The position numbers and the translations under genes are program-made. This document shows, one piece after another, positions 27,524 through 37,455 of a stretch of 64,000 bases of DNA (its first letter is position 1; every line of letters starts with the position of its first letter). Source of the DNA: Candidatus Poribacteria bacterium (GTDB lineage: Bacteria > Poribacteria > WGA-4E > PCPOR2b); the NCBI GenBank assembly GCA_965208325.1, contig OZ242326.1, positions 3,296,001 through 3,360,000 of the forward strand. Reading direction: 5' to 3'. The notes beneath the pieces were generated by a model, which ran no database searches, was not told the origin of the DNA, and was given only the letters and a program-made list of their open reading frames with translations.

Positions 27524-27835
27524 TGCGGTTAGAAGCCGCTCCCACAGGTGGTGTGCCGCAATTCAGAGATTGCTGCTACGGGGGAGGGTGAATCTAGGGT
27601 GCCGGCGGTAGAATTCGATGATTTGACTATTTTGGTAACTTCGAGCAAGAACTACAAGTAAAACCTCCCCCTCCTTCTTGGCAAGAAAGAAGAGAAATAG
27701 TGTGCGGACGATATAGGCTTGCCGTAAACAGCTAAAATTGATATAGTCATATTCAGTACATTAAGTTGGGTTCATTGATTAAATTCTAACCGATATGCCG
27801 CCAACGGCGTAACCACTGAAAAAATTTCAATTCTG

Positions 27836-28570
27836 ATGCATAGCTGCTATGTTCCTCCCGCGCGGATATCTAAGGACGCAATCCACATTGGCGGCTCCGA
27901 TCGTCACCACCTGCTCAATGTGCTGCGCCTCAAAGCAGGCGATTCGGTGCGCGTCTTTGACGGCGAAGGAAACAGCTACACCGCAATCCTTCGTGACACC
28001 CACCTGCCCGCACTTTATGCTACTATAATCAAACATCAATTTCATCCGCACACCCCGCCGCATATCACACTTTTCCAAGGTTTGCCTAAGTCGGACAAAA
28101 TGGATCTCGTTGTTCAAAAAACAACGGAAATCGGTGTTGACGGAATTGTGCCCACGATTTGCCATCGTTCGATTCCGAGGCGATCGGAAGCTGCTCAAGG
28201 GAAGTTGCAAGCGCGGTGGCAGCGGATTGCAAATGAAACCGCTAAACAGTGCAGGCGTTCGCGATTCGCTATAGTTCACGATGCCAAAGCGATAGAAAAG
28301 TGTTTTGAGCAAGCATCTCATTTCGACCTGTCAATTTTGTTGTGGGAAAACGAGGAAGAACAGGGAATCAAGGAGGTGTTGCGACGCCATAACAGTGCAG
28401 CATCAGTCGGGCTTTATGTTGGACCGGAAGGAGGGTTTTCGGCTGAAGAGGCTGAAACTGCCATTCAATGCGGAATACACCCCGCTACACTTTGCCCAAA
28501 TATCTTGCGTACCGAAACCGCCGGAATTGTGGGTGCGGCGATTGTTATGTATGAATTGCGCGAGGTTTAA
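27836..28570 (+). CDS. rsmE: 16S rRNA m3U1498 methyltransferase
   Basis: HHLLNVLRL, QKTTEIGV, VGPEGGFS, ILRTETAG. Confidence 0.95.
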   Translation: MHSCYVPPARISKDAIHIGGSDRHHLLNVLRLKAGDSVRVFDGEGNSYTAILRDTHLPALYATIIKHQFHPHTPPHITLFQGLPKSDKMDLVVQKTTEIGVDGIVPTICHRSIPRRSEAAQGKLQARWQRIANETAKQCRRSRFAIVHDAKAIEKCFEQASHFDLSILLWENEEEQGIKEVLRRHNSAASVGLYVGPEGGFSAEEAETAIQCGIHPATLCPNILRTETAGIVGAAIVMYELREV

Positions 28571-28625
28571 ATGGGACTAGACGATCTCATCCTTTGTAGT
28601 TATTTGGGTTCATATTGTGATAAGC

Positions 28626-28870
28626 AAGCTTCTCCCACAAGCAAATCGAGGCTAGGAAGCCTCTCCCACAAGGGAATCGAGGTTGGGAAGCCTCTCCTAC
28701 AGGCTAATGGAGGCTAGGAAGCCTCTCCTACAGGTTAATCGAGGCTAGGAAGCCTCTCCCACAAGCCAATCCAGGCTGGGAATCCTCTCCTACAGGCTAA
28801 TCGAGGTTAGGAAACCTTTCCCACAAGGCAATCGAGGTTGGGAAGGCTTTCCCACAATATAATCGAGTTA
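28626..28870. repeat. 31-bp tandem array of GTRG-type REP hairpins (7 full units plus partials)
   Basis: Unit AATCGAGGCTAGGAAGCCTCTCC(C/T)ACA+4 nt starting at 28644, 28675, 28706, 28737, 28768, 28799 and 28830. Confidence 0.9.
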
Positions 28871-28922
28871 GCACGGTGCGAATGGGAGTTCGGTTTATGA
28901 CATTCAATTGCGGACCAATTTT

Positions 28923-29013
28923 TTGCTTGCAAAATCCTAACCGGGTATGATAATATTTAGACAGACCGCGAGGAAACTTTCCCTACGGGGAAAAACATCG
29001 CGGTTGTTTTTTT
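28923..29013 (+). promoter_or_regulatory. Promoter and leader hairpin/attenuator of the rimP-nusA-infB operon
   Basis: TTGCTT-N17-TATGAT, then ACCGCGA...TTTCCC-TACG-GGGAAA...TCGCGGT followed by a T-tract. Confidence 0.6.
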
Positions 29014-29093
29014 GTGGGTTGCGCTTTGACACCTTGGTTTGATTATTGAGAAGTGTAATTGCTTCAGCGAGACAATCTTTTTAGTACGCCGTT

Positions 29094-29555
29094 ATGAGTT
29101 CCTCACTGAAAACTTCAGTTTTCGACTTGTTATCACCCGTGCTGGACGGCGAAGGGATTGAGTTAGTTGACGTTGAACATGAAAACCAAAAGAGTAATGG
29201 AACGCTTAGGCTTTTAATTCACAAGCCTGACGGAATAACGACTAAGGATTGTCAACGAGTTAGTGAGATTGCCGGTCCAGTTCTAGCGGTGCATGGATTT
29301 AAACTGGATAGTTATAGTCTAGAGATTGCATCTCCGGGATTGGATCGGCCGCTTATTACGGAACTGGACTTCCGCAGAAATTTGAGTCAGAATATTCAAA
29401 TTGAAGTACTTTCCTCATGCGGAAAGTTTTTGCAAATGAGCGGCGTCCTGATAGATGTTAACTCGGAAAAGATTTGTCTTACTCAACGTTCAGGGGAAAC
29501 AGTTCAGGTTAAACTTTCAGATATTACTAAAGCTCATGTCCAACTGATGTGGTAA
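29094..29555 (+). CDS. rimP: Ribosome maturation factor RimP
   Basis: YSLEIASPGLDRPL; lies upstream of nusA. Confidence 0.95.
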   Translation: MSSSLKTSVFDLLSPVLDGEGIELVDVEHENQKSNGTLRLLIHKPDGITTKDCQRVSEIAGPVLAVHGFKLDSYSLEIASPGLDRPLITELDFRRNLSQNIQIEVLSSCGKFLQMSGVLIDVNSEKICLTQRSGETVQVKLSDITKAHVQLMW

Positions 29556-29574
29556 TATTTTTGGATGGAATGAA

Positions 29575-30882
29575 ATGACCAACGACTTACTAATGACTAT
29601 ACGTCAAATCATGAATCAGACGGATCTGCCGCAGGAGATTTTTATCGAGGCGATCGAAGCCGCACTATATTCAGCGGCGAAGCGGCGTTACGGCTCAACG
29701 GAAGGTGTATCCATTAAGATTGATTCTGAGACCGGCGAGATAAAATGTTATGTTCCCCAAAAAGTGGTTGAAATAATGCACCATTTCGCGAGAGAGATTC
29801 CGATTGAGGAAGCATTGAAAATAAAACCCGATAGCCAGTTGGATGAGATTATTGAGGTTGAAGTGGACCCAAGAGAGTTTGGTAGAATTGAAGCTCAAAC
29901 GGCGCGTCAGATTCTTGTCCAAAAAATTAAAGAGGCTGAACGGGAACAGATTTATCAGGAGTATAAAACCCGCGAAGGAGAGATTATCACGGGGTATGTG
30001 CAACGCGTTGAACGCGGGAATGTCATCCTTGATTTGGAGCGAACCGAAGGAATATTACCGTATAGCGAAAGCGCTCATCCGCACAATTATCAACGCGGCG
30101 ACACGTTAAAGTGTTTAATTTTGGAAGTGCAAGCTGATGCAAAGGGGCCGCAAATCGTCCTTTCCCGGACACATCCCGATCTAATAGACCGATTATTTGA
30201 AATGGAAGTGCCCGAGATTTATGACGGGTTAGTACGCATCATGGCAATCGCACGGGATCCGGGAAATCGAGCAAAAGTGGCTGTTACTGCGCCGTCCGAA
30301 AATATTGACGCTGTTGGCACTTGTGTTGGGGTAAAGGGTTCTCGGGTTGAGGCAGTTGTGAGGGAGTTGGACGGGGAGAAAATTGACCTCCTTGAATGGG
30401 ATGCATCGCCGGCGACTTTCATTGCAAATGCTCTTCAACCCGCTACGGTGGCGTCCGTGAACATTGATGAGGGGGCCGAAAATGCGGGAGTTATTGTGCC
30501 GGACGACCAGCTGTCGCTAGCGATTGGCAGGCGCGGGCAAAACGCACGGCTTGCCGCAAAATTGACGGGGTGGAAAATTGATATAAAAAGCGAGTCGGAG
30601 GCAGACTCGCAACTTAAGGAGGAAATCGCGGCGGAACTGTTTATTGTTCAGCCGAGTGAATCAGAAGATTCTCCGCGGACAGCAGCGTCTGACGGCGAGG
30701 TGGATTTGACGGATTTGGATGGCGTCGGCGCAAAAACTGCGAATGCACTGAGAGACTCTGGATTTTCGACAATACAATCCATTGCGGCAGCAACGTTAGA
30801 GGAACTGTTAGCGGTACCGGGGATTGGCGCAAAAACTGCCGAGAAAATTCAGCGTAACGCGGCAGAAGCTGAAAGCCAATAA
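29575..30882 (+). CDS. nusA: Transcription termination factor NusA (C-terminal HhH)
   Basis: [12 protein letters not shown]1/KH domains, [20 protein letters not shown]. Confidence 0.98.
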   Translation: MTNDLLMTIRQIMNQTDLPQEIFIEAIEAALYSAAKRRYGSTEGVSIKIDSETGEIKCYVPQKVVEIMHHFAREIPIEEALKIKPDSQLDEIIEVEVDPREFGRIEAQTARQILVQKIKEAEREQIYQEYKTREGEIITGYVQRVERGNVILDLERTEGILPYSESAHPHNYQRGDTLKCLILEVQADAKGPQIVLSRTHPDLIDRLFEMEVPEIYDGLVRIMAIARDPGNRAKVAVTAPSENIDAVGTCVGVKGSRVEAVVRELDGEKIDLLEWDASPATFIANALQPATVASVNIDEGAENAGVIVPDDQLSLAIGRRGQNARLAAKLTGWKIDIKSESEADSQLKEEIAAELFIVQPSESEDSPRTAASDGEVDLTDLDGVGAKTANALRDSGFSTIQSIAAATLEELLAVPGIGAKTAEKIQRNAAEAESQ

Positions 30883-30945
30883 TACCAATTAGGGCTTACT
30901 TCGTTGGACACGGTTACTATATTTCCGTTCCACCGGCCGGAGATA

Positions 30946-31011
30946 GGGAAGGCACAAGACCTGACCCTACACTCGGTTTATTCCCTGTAGGGGGGAACCC
31001 TTATGGTTACC
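30946..31011. repeat. Inverted pair of GTAG-type REP-like hairpins
   Basis: GTAGGGTCAGGTCTTGTGCCTTCCC on the minus strand and GTAGGGGGGAACCCTTATGGTTACC on the plus strand. Confidence 0.55.
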
Positions 31012-31290
31012 TTGATTCCGAAATTGAACCGCGCGTCACCATAAATCCCCGAGAAGAACTTGCATCGGTTGGCTTGCGATTTTCCCCGATACCTCTGAAT
31101 CGGTCCAAAACGCAGACCAGCAGGTTACGGCGCTTATGTCTGCCCATCCCGATTGCGCAACACCGCAGCTTTCAGGTCTCCCAAAATCACAAACATTTTT
31201 TAAGGGCGTGAATCGCTCAAAGTAAACAATGCGTATTATCAAACAGGAACTGCTTGACCTGACGAATTAGACAAGCGTGAAGAGGTGTGA

Positions 31291-33312
31291 ATGAAAACCG
31301 ATAAAACCAAGAACAGCAAGAATATCAGAGTTTACCAATTGGCAAAACGCTATGGGTTGAGCAGCAAAGCATTTATTGAAGAACTCCAGGGGTTCGGTGT
31401 GCCTGTCAAGAACCACATGAGCACACTCGATCCGGAAACCGTGGAGTTAATTGAGGCTGAACGTAATTCAAAAAAATCCAAACTTGAAACGCCTTTAGAT
31501 CGAGGTGAAGCGGCAACTGAAGAAGCCGCTACCGAAGCAGTTACGGTTAAAGAAGAAACCCCAAGTATTCCGCAAGTTCAAGAGGGTGTTTCAGTGGCTC
31601 AAATCGCATCAATCCTGGGATTTAAGGACACAGAAATGATTAGGCGGTTGATGAAACTCGGGATAATGGCGAGCATTAATCAACGCCTGGATTTCGACAC
31701 GTTGGAGAGTATCAGCGAGAAGTTTGAATTTGAAGCTGTCCGCCAGTTAACGCTAGAGGAAAAGGTGCTGAAGGAAGCACCTGAAGATCCGAAAGATCTC
31801 GTTCCCCGCGCCCCCGTTGTCACGATTATGGGCCATGTCGACCACGGCAAGACGTCACTGCTTGACGCCGTTCGCGAGTCGAATGTAATGGAGACAGAAG
31901 CTGGAAATATTACGCAACATATTGGTGCGTATCACGTGGAATTGAAGACCGGCAACGTTGTTTTTCTAGACACCCCCGGTCATGCCGCATTCACGGCTAT
32001 GCGCGCGCGCGGCACACAAGTGACAGATATCGTCGTCTTGGTTGTAGCGGCAGATGATGGTGTAATGCCGCAAACGATAGAAGCTATCAATCACGCAAAG
32101 GCGGCAGAAATTCCCATTGTTGTTGCAATCAACAAAATTGATGTAGATAGCGCCAGACCCGACTATGTCAAGCAACAGTTGGCGGATCAGGGTCTTATTC
32201 CGGAGGATTGGGGCGGGCAAACGATTTTTGTTGAGATTTCTGCGAAGGAAAGTATTGGCGTTGATGAACTGTTGGATATGCTGCTGCTTGAGTCGGAACT
32301 GCTTGAACTGACAGCCAATCCAAATAAAGCGGGACGAGGCGCTATTATTGAAGCGAAGTTGGATAAAGGGCGAGGCCCTGTTGCAACAGTGCTAGTGCAG
32401 AGCGGAACGTTGGGAGTTGGGGATGTGTTCATCGCAGGCCGCTGCTATGGCAAGGTTCGGGCGTTAATCGATGATAGAGGACACCGGCTTAAACAGGCAT
32501 CGCCATCGACACCGGTTGAAGTGCTTGGTTTCACCGGGGTACCAGAAGCGGGTGACAGCTTTCACGTTGTAGATTCCGAGAAAGACGCCAGGACCATCAG
32601 CGAAACTCGGCAATCAGAACACCGGTATGCTCAACTCGGGCCGCAGAGCCGTGTGAATTTGGACGATCTCTTTCAGCAGATTCATGAGGGCGATATCAAA
32701 GAATTGAACGTGATTGTCAAAGGCGATGTTCAAGGCTCGGTTGAAGCTGTATGTGATTCGCTGCGAAAGTTAAACGCCAATGAGGTCAAAGTCAACATCA
32801 TTCATCAAGCTGTAGGGGGAATTACAGAAACAGATATCTTACTTGCATCTGCATCCAATGCAATTGTGCTCGGATTTAACGTTCGCCCCACAACTGAAGC
32901 CTTGATAGCAAAGGACCTCGAAAGCATCGATGTTCGGACGTATAATGTGATTTATAATCTGATTTCCGATGTCAGGTCTGCAATGGAAGGATTGTTAGAT
33001 CCTGAGGTTCGAGAGGTTGCCGTGGGCAGAGCAATTGTTCGCGAGTTGTTCAAGATTCCGCGGAGGGGTATGATTGCTGGCACTTATGTCAATTGGGGGC
33101 AAATCATTTATAACTACCCCCTGCGTGTTTTACGTGACAATCGGCTGATTTATGAGGGGAAGGTAGACTCGTTACGCCGGTTTAAAGACGATGTTACCGA
33201 GGTTGCGGCGAACTACGAATGCGGTATCGGCACGAGCGCTTTCGACGATTTCAAAGTGGATGATGTGTTGGAATGCTATACTCACGAACATATCCCGCGC
33301 GTATTGAGGTAA
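31291..33312 (+). CDS. infB: Translation initiation factor IF-2
   Basis: [17 protein letters not shown]. Confidence 0.99.
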   Translation: MKTDKTKNSKNIRVYQLAKRYGLSSKAFIEELQGFGVPVKNHMSTLDPETVELIEAERNSKKSKLETPLDRGEAATEEAATEAVTVKEETPSIPQVQEGVSVAQIASILGFKDTEMIRRLMKLGIMASINQRLDFDTLESISEKFEFEAVRQLTLEEKVLKEAPEDPKDLVPRAPVVTIMGHVDHGKTSLLDAVRESNVMETEAGNITQHIGAYHVELKTGNVVFLDTPGHAAFTAMRARGTQVTDIVVLVVAADDGVMPQTIEAINHAKAAEIPIVVAINKIDVDSARPDYVKQQLADQGLIPEDWGGQTIFVEISAKESIGVDELLDMLLLESELLELTANPNKAGRGAIIEAKLDKGRGPVATVLVQSGTLGVGDVFIAGRCYGKVRALIDDRGHRLKQASPSTPVEVLGFTGVPEAGDSFHVVDSEKDARTISETRQSEHRYAQLGPQSRVNLDDLFQQIHEGDIKELNVIVKGDVQGSVEAVCDSLRKLNANEVKVNIIHQAVGGITETDILLASASNAIVLGFNVRPTTEALIAKDLESIDVRTYNVIYNLISDVRSAMEGLLDPEVREVAVGRAIVRELFKIPRRGMIAGTYVNWGQIIYNYPLRVLRDNRLIYEGKVDSLRRFKDDVTEVAANYECGIGTSAFDDFKVDDVLECYTHEHIPRVLR

Positions 33313-33446
33313 ATTCGGGGAGTACCCGGTTGGGGGAATCGCGTATTTAAAATTTAACAACTTCCGTTCTCGTTCAATCTATGCGGGAATTCAGTGCCTT
33401 ATTGGGTTGTGTTACATGAAGGCGTGGATGTTCAACGTACAACGCT

Positions 33447-33731
33447 ATGCATGTTGGGATTTGTAAAGCCTTTTTGACGATTTCAGAAAGCCATTCGCTG
33501 AAACAGAAAAGGCGGGTTGTCAAAAGCATTATTGCACGGTTGAAAAATCAGTTTAACGTTGCCGTTGGTGAAGTTGATGCGTTAGATGTGCACCAGCGAG
33601 CCGTGCTTGGCATTGTTTCGGTGTCCAACGATTCAGCGCACCTCAACCACGTGTTGTCGAAAGCAATAAATTTCATTGAGGCAAACGGATTAGCGGAATT
33701 AACTGACTACGAGATTGAATTCATATTCTGA
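33447..33731 (+). CDS. ylxP: DUF503 (YlxP) protein
   Basis: SHSLKQKRRVVKS...FNVAVGEV; lies between infB and rbfA. Confidence 0.9.
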   Translation: MHVGICKAFLTISESHSLKQKRRVVKSIIARLKNQFNVAVGEVDALDVHQRAVLGIVSVSNDSAHLNHVLSKAINFIEANGLAELTDYEIEFIF

Positions 33732-33741
33732 CGAAGCGGCA

Positions 33742-34134
33742 ATGTTTGAAAACAGGCGTATCGATCGGGTGAGCGCACTCATTCAGAAGGAACTAAGTAC
33801 CGTAATTCATCGATCCCTTAAAGATCCGCGGGTGAAATTTTGCTCTATTACGCAGGTCGATGTGTCTTTAGATTTGAAATATGCCGATGTTAAGGTGAGC
33901 GTAATTGGCGACAAGCAACAAAAACAGGGGGCGATGGCGGGATTAAAAAGCGCCGCCGGTTATCTCCGACGCGAAGTGGGAGGGCGAATTGATTTGCGGT
34001 ATGTGCCTGAATTGCGTTTCAAGTTGGACCAGTCTATTGACCATTTAATGAATTTAGACGGACTACTGAAGCAGGTGCGCGCTGAGGAAGAAAAACTCGG
34101 TATTTCGTCGGAATGCGGCGATGAAATTTCCTAA
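33742..34134 (+). CDS. rbfA: Ribosome-binding factor A
   Basis: R..RV...IQ, LKDPRV, LRYVPELRF. Confidence 0.95.
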   Translation: MFENRRIDRVSALIQKELSTVIHRSLKDPRVKFCSITQVDVSLDLKYADVKVSVIGDKQQKQGAMAGLKSAAGYLRREVGGRIDLRYVPELRFKLDQSIDHLMNLDGLLKQVRAEEEKLGISSECGDEIS

Positions 34135-34149
34135 ACCGCTTCATTAGAT

Positions 34150-35172
34150 ATGGAAACCTACGATACAGTCCTAGATGTATTTGATGACCACCAGAATTTT
34201 GCGCTTTCCACACACATCAATCCCGACGGCGATGCGATTGGATCGGAATTAGCACTTTATTCGTTCCTTAGAGACTTAGGGAAGCAGGTCCTGATTTTCA
34301 ATACGGATGCTGTACCAAAAATCTACCAATTCCTACCTTTCTCCGATGCTGTTTTACCTCCCGAAGCGCTCCAGGGATATTCACCCGAGATTCTAGTCGT
34401 TCTTGACTCAGGAATGCTAAAACGTATTGGTGACGACCTGTGCCGGAGCCTTATCCCGTCTAACGCGATTGTCAACATTGATCATCACGCCACGGCAAAT
34501 CATTTTGGGCGTTACAACCTAATTGAAGAAGAAGCGTCATCAACATCCGAGATTATTTATCAGTTGATTAAACACCACGGTACGCCGATTGGGAGAGAAA
34601 GAGCGCTATGCCTTTACACCGGAATCATGTTTGATACCGGCTGTTTTCGATATTCGAATTCCACACCCGCGGCGCATCGAATTGCCTCAGAACTCATTAA
34701 TGCGGGTGTATCCGTAGATGAGATTTACCGTTTGGTTTATGAAACCACGCCGGCTGCAAGAATTCGTTTGCTTGGCGACGTTCTTCAAACGCTCGGTATG
34801 ACACCCGACGGCAAGATTGCATGGGGATACGCGACTCGGGAGATGTTCCGAAAAACAGGAACGGGCCGGGAGGATGTAGATGGATTCATCAATCACATAC
34901 GATCCATTGATACTGTTGAGTTTGCGGTGTTGGTAAGTGAACAGGAAGATGGGCGGTCTAAAGCGAGTCTGCGCAGCAAATCGTATATTGATGCCGGGGA
35001 AATTGCCGCGGAATTTGGCGGGGGCGGGCATCAACGCGCCGCGGGCTGCGAGATTGATGCGCACTATGATGCCGCAATTGCGCAACTCGTGGCAAGCGCT
35101 CAACAACGAATCAACAAGTTGAAGGAGGTATTGGGCGTTAAGCCTGAAGAATTTAGTGAACGGCTAAACTAA
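34150..35172 (+). CDS. nrnA: DHH/DHHA1 oligoribonuclease-pAp phosphatase
   Basis: HINPDGDAIGS, IDHH, DTG.F, GGGGH. Confidence 0.9.
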   Translation: METYDTVLDVFDDHQNFALSTHINPDGDAIGSELALYSFLRDLGKQVLIFNTDAVPKIYQFLPFSDAVLPPEALQGYSPEILVVLDSGMLKRIGDDLCRSLIPSNAIVNIDHHATANHFGRYNLIEEEASSTSEIIYQLIKHHGTPIGRERALCLYTGIMFDTGCFRYSNSTPAAHRIASELINAGVSVDEIYRLVYETTPAARIRLLGDVLQTLGMTPDGKIAWGYATREMFRKTGTGREDVDGFINHIRSIDTVEFAVLVSEQEDGRSKASLRSKSYIDAGEIAAEFGGGGHQRAAGCEIDAHYDAAIAQLVASAQQRINKLKEVLGVKPEEFSERLN

Positions 35173-35255
35173 TCTTATTGCCTCTGATGCCAATTCTGTC
35201 ACTAGTATTCACATCGCACAACACGGTTTGTCCGATAATCTACAATGGTTGCCCA

Positions 35256-35996
35256 ATGCGGATTGACGGCGTTCTCAACCTGAATAAACCTGCCAAAATG
35301 ACCTCTAGACAAGCAGTTGATCGGATTAAACACCTGTTAAATGTCCGGAAAGCTGGGCATGGAGGAACGCTCGATCCCGATGCAACTGGTGTACTGCCCA
35401 TCTGTTTGGGGAATGGGACAAAGTTGTTTGAACCGCTGCAGCTTGGTACAAAGGAGTACGAAGGCACGCTGACATTAGGCATTACTACAGATACGCTTGA
35501 TGCAAGTGGACGCATTCTCAGCACGGCGGAGGTAAGCGAGGTTACTTTAGAAAAAATTTATACTGTTTCCCAACAATTTATTGGAGAGATTGAGCAAGTT
35601 GTTCCAATATTTTCTGCTGCGAAACGGAAGGGTAAACGGCTGTACAAACTAGCACGCCAAGGAATTGAATTAGAGCATTTACCCAGAAAAAAAGTGTTCA
35701 TTGAATCACTTGAAATTCTGTCAACCAAAATACCAGAAGTTCGGTTCCGAGTCGTTTGTTCCAAAGGGACGTATATCCGGACGCTTGTATCTGATTTTGG
35801 CGCTGTGCTGGCTTGCGGCGCTCATCTTTCACAGTTAACCCGCACGCAATCCGGAATATTCAATATCGCGGATTCTCAGGCTCTTGACAGCCTTGAAAAC
35901 AATCCCGTTCTTGCTCATCGGACGGTTATGCCGATTGAGGTTGTTATTGAATCGCTGCATCGCCGTTTCCCATTGCAGGCAAAAAGTGCGTTTTAA
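35256..35996 (+). CDS. truB: tRNA pseudouridine(55) synthase
   Basis: KAGHGGTLDPDATGVL, CSKGTYIRTL. Confidence 0.96.
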   Translation: MRIDGVLNLNKPAKMTSRQAVDRIKHLLNVRKAGHGGTLDPDATGVLPICLGNGTKLFEPLQLGTKEYEGTLTLGITTDTLDASGRILSTAEVSEVTLEKIYTVSQQFIGEIEQVVPIFSAAKRKGKRLYKLARQGIELEHLPRKKVFIESLEILSTKIPEVRFRVVCSKGTYIRTLVSDFGAVLACGAHLSQLTRTQSGIFNIADSQALDSLENNPVLAHRTVMPIEVVIESLHRRFPLQAKSAF

Positions 35997-36079
35997 TCCA
36001 AATAATGTGTCATTTCATATGAAGATTGCAGGATGTTGTCTTATCAGTTCGAAATGCGTCAAAACTTGGAGACTGATTT

Positions 36080-37012
36080 TTGGAAATTTTCTACAATCTA
36101 GAAGCAGCGTCTAAGTTTTGCCATGCATCTGTTGCCACCGTTGGTGTGTTCGACGGATTACACATTGGACATCAAGCTGTCATTAAGCAGGTATTATCTC
36201 AAGCGGAAAAGTCTGAGTTGCCCAGTCTTGTTCTTGCATTCCATCCGCCTCCGCTTGCTTTTCTAGCTCCCGAAAAGTGCCCGCCAACTTTGACGGTTAT
36301 CTCGAAGCGGATTGAGATACTGGAACGCCTCGGTGTTGATACCGTGATTTTTGCCCGTTTCGATGCCAACTTGCAAAAGATGTCTCCCGATCAATTTGCG
36401 CAGCAGGTCTTACTAGAGCAATTACACGCAAAACAGGTAGTCATTGGCTATGAATGGCAGTTCGGCAAAGGGCGAACCGGCAATGTGGAGGATTTAAAGC
36501 AGCTTGGAACACAGTATGAATTTGGCGTGGTTGTTGTTGGCCCCACTGAATTTCATGGACTTCCCGTTCATAGTACTCGCGTCCGAGAAGCGATTGCAGC
36601 AGGTAAGCTTGATTTAGCGGAGCAATTATTAGGGCGCCAGCACTCGATTCTCGGTAAGGTCATTACGGGGACGGGCCTTGGACGCAAACTCGGGTTTCCA
36701 ACGGCAAACATTGACGCCGGCGATCAGATGCGCCCGCCAAACGGTGTTTACGCAATCCAAGCTAAATTAGGGAATCGGATGTACGATGGGGTGCTGAATA
36801 TGGGAACGAGGCCAACATTTGATGGATTGAAGTTCCAGATTGAAAGTCATCTATTCGGTGTTGAGGGCATGTTTTACGATAAAGACATGGAAATATTCTT
36901 TGTCGAAAAAATTCGTGATGAGCGTACGTTTCCAAACCAAAGCGCGTTAGTGCATCAAATTCAGCAAGACATCGTCACGGCTCAGACAATTCTTAAACAG
37001 CGGGAGAATTGA
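36080..37012 (+). CDS. ribF: Riboflavin kinase/FAD synthetase
   Basis: GVFDGLHIGH, GRKLGFPTAN, GTRPTF. Confidence 0.96.
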   Translation: MEIFYNLEAASKFCHASVATVGVFDGLHIGHQAVIKQVLSQAEKSELPSLVLAFHPPPLAFLAPEKCPPTLTVISKRIEILERLGVDTVIFARFDANLQKMSPDQFAQQVLLEQLHAKQVVIGYEWQFGKGRTGNVEDLKQLGTQYEFGVVVVGPTEFHGLPVHSTRVREAIAAGKLDLAEQLLGRQHSILGKVITGTGLGRKLGFPTANIDAGDQMRPPNGVYAIQAKLGNRMYDGVLNMGTRPTFDGLKFQIESHLFGVEGMFYDKDMEIFFVEKIRDERTFPNQSALVHQIQQDIVTAQTILKQREN

Positions 37013-37127
37013 CCGTGGTGCATACTACTGGCTGGAAAATTTAATTTACAAAACGATTTGATTATGGTATATTAACCTTCAGGGAAAGGCTTTATGAGGG
37101 GGATGTGCCAAAAGGAGGTGAATTGGA

Positions 37128-37418
37128 GTGGCACTTGAATTTGAAAGGAAAAAAGAACTCTTGGAAGCACACAGATTGCACGATAGTGATACGGGTTCAC
37201 CCGAAGTACAAGTTGCAATTATTAATACCCGTATCCGGGAGTTGACGGAGCATTTCCGCAATCACAACAAAGACCATCATTCCAGATGCGGCCTTTATAA
37301 GCTTGTGGGAAAACAGCGCCGTTTATTGCGTTATCTTTACAAAAAGGATGTTCGGCGTTACCACAAGCTCATTGAGCAATTGGGAATTCGGGACACGATC
37401 ACTGTAAGGAAAAGTTAG
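37128..37418 (+). CDS. rpsO: 30S ribosomal protein S15
   Basis: [18 protein letters not shown]. Confidence 0.98.
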   Translation: MALEFERKKELLEAHRLHDSDTGSPEVQVAIINTRIRELTEHFRNHNKDHHSRCGLYKLVGKQRRLLRYLYKKDVRRYHKLIEQLGIRDTITVRKS

Positions 37419-37455
37419 CAGTCCACCGTAGGACTTTTTGAGGAGGAAGAAGATA

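Noticed and set aside
28626..28870. Second CRISPR array
   Set aside because: The variable part is only ~4 nt; this is a tandem REP array without spacers.
34087..34102. Half copy of the family A REP inside rbfA
   Set aside because: It encodes EEKLG and has no partner arm; likely coincidental.
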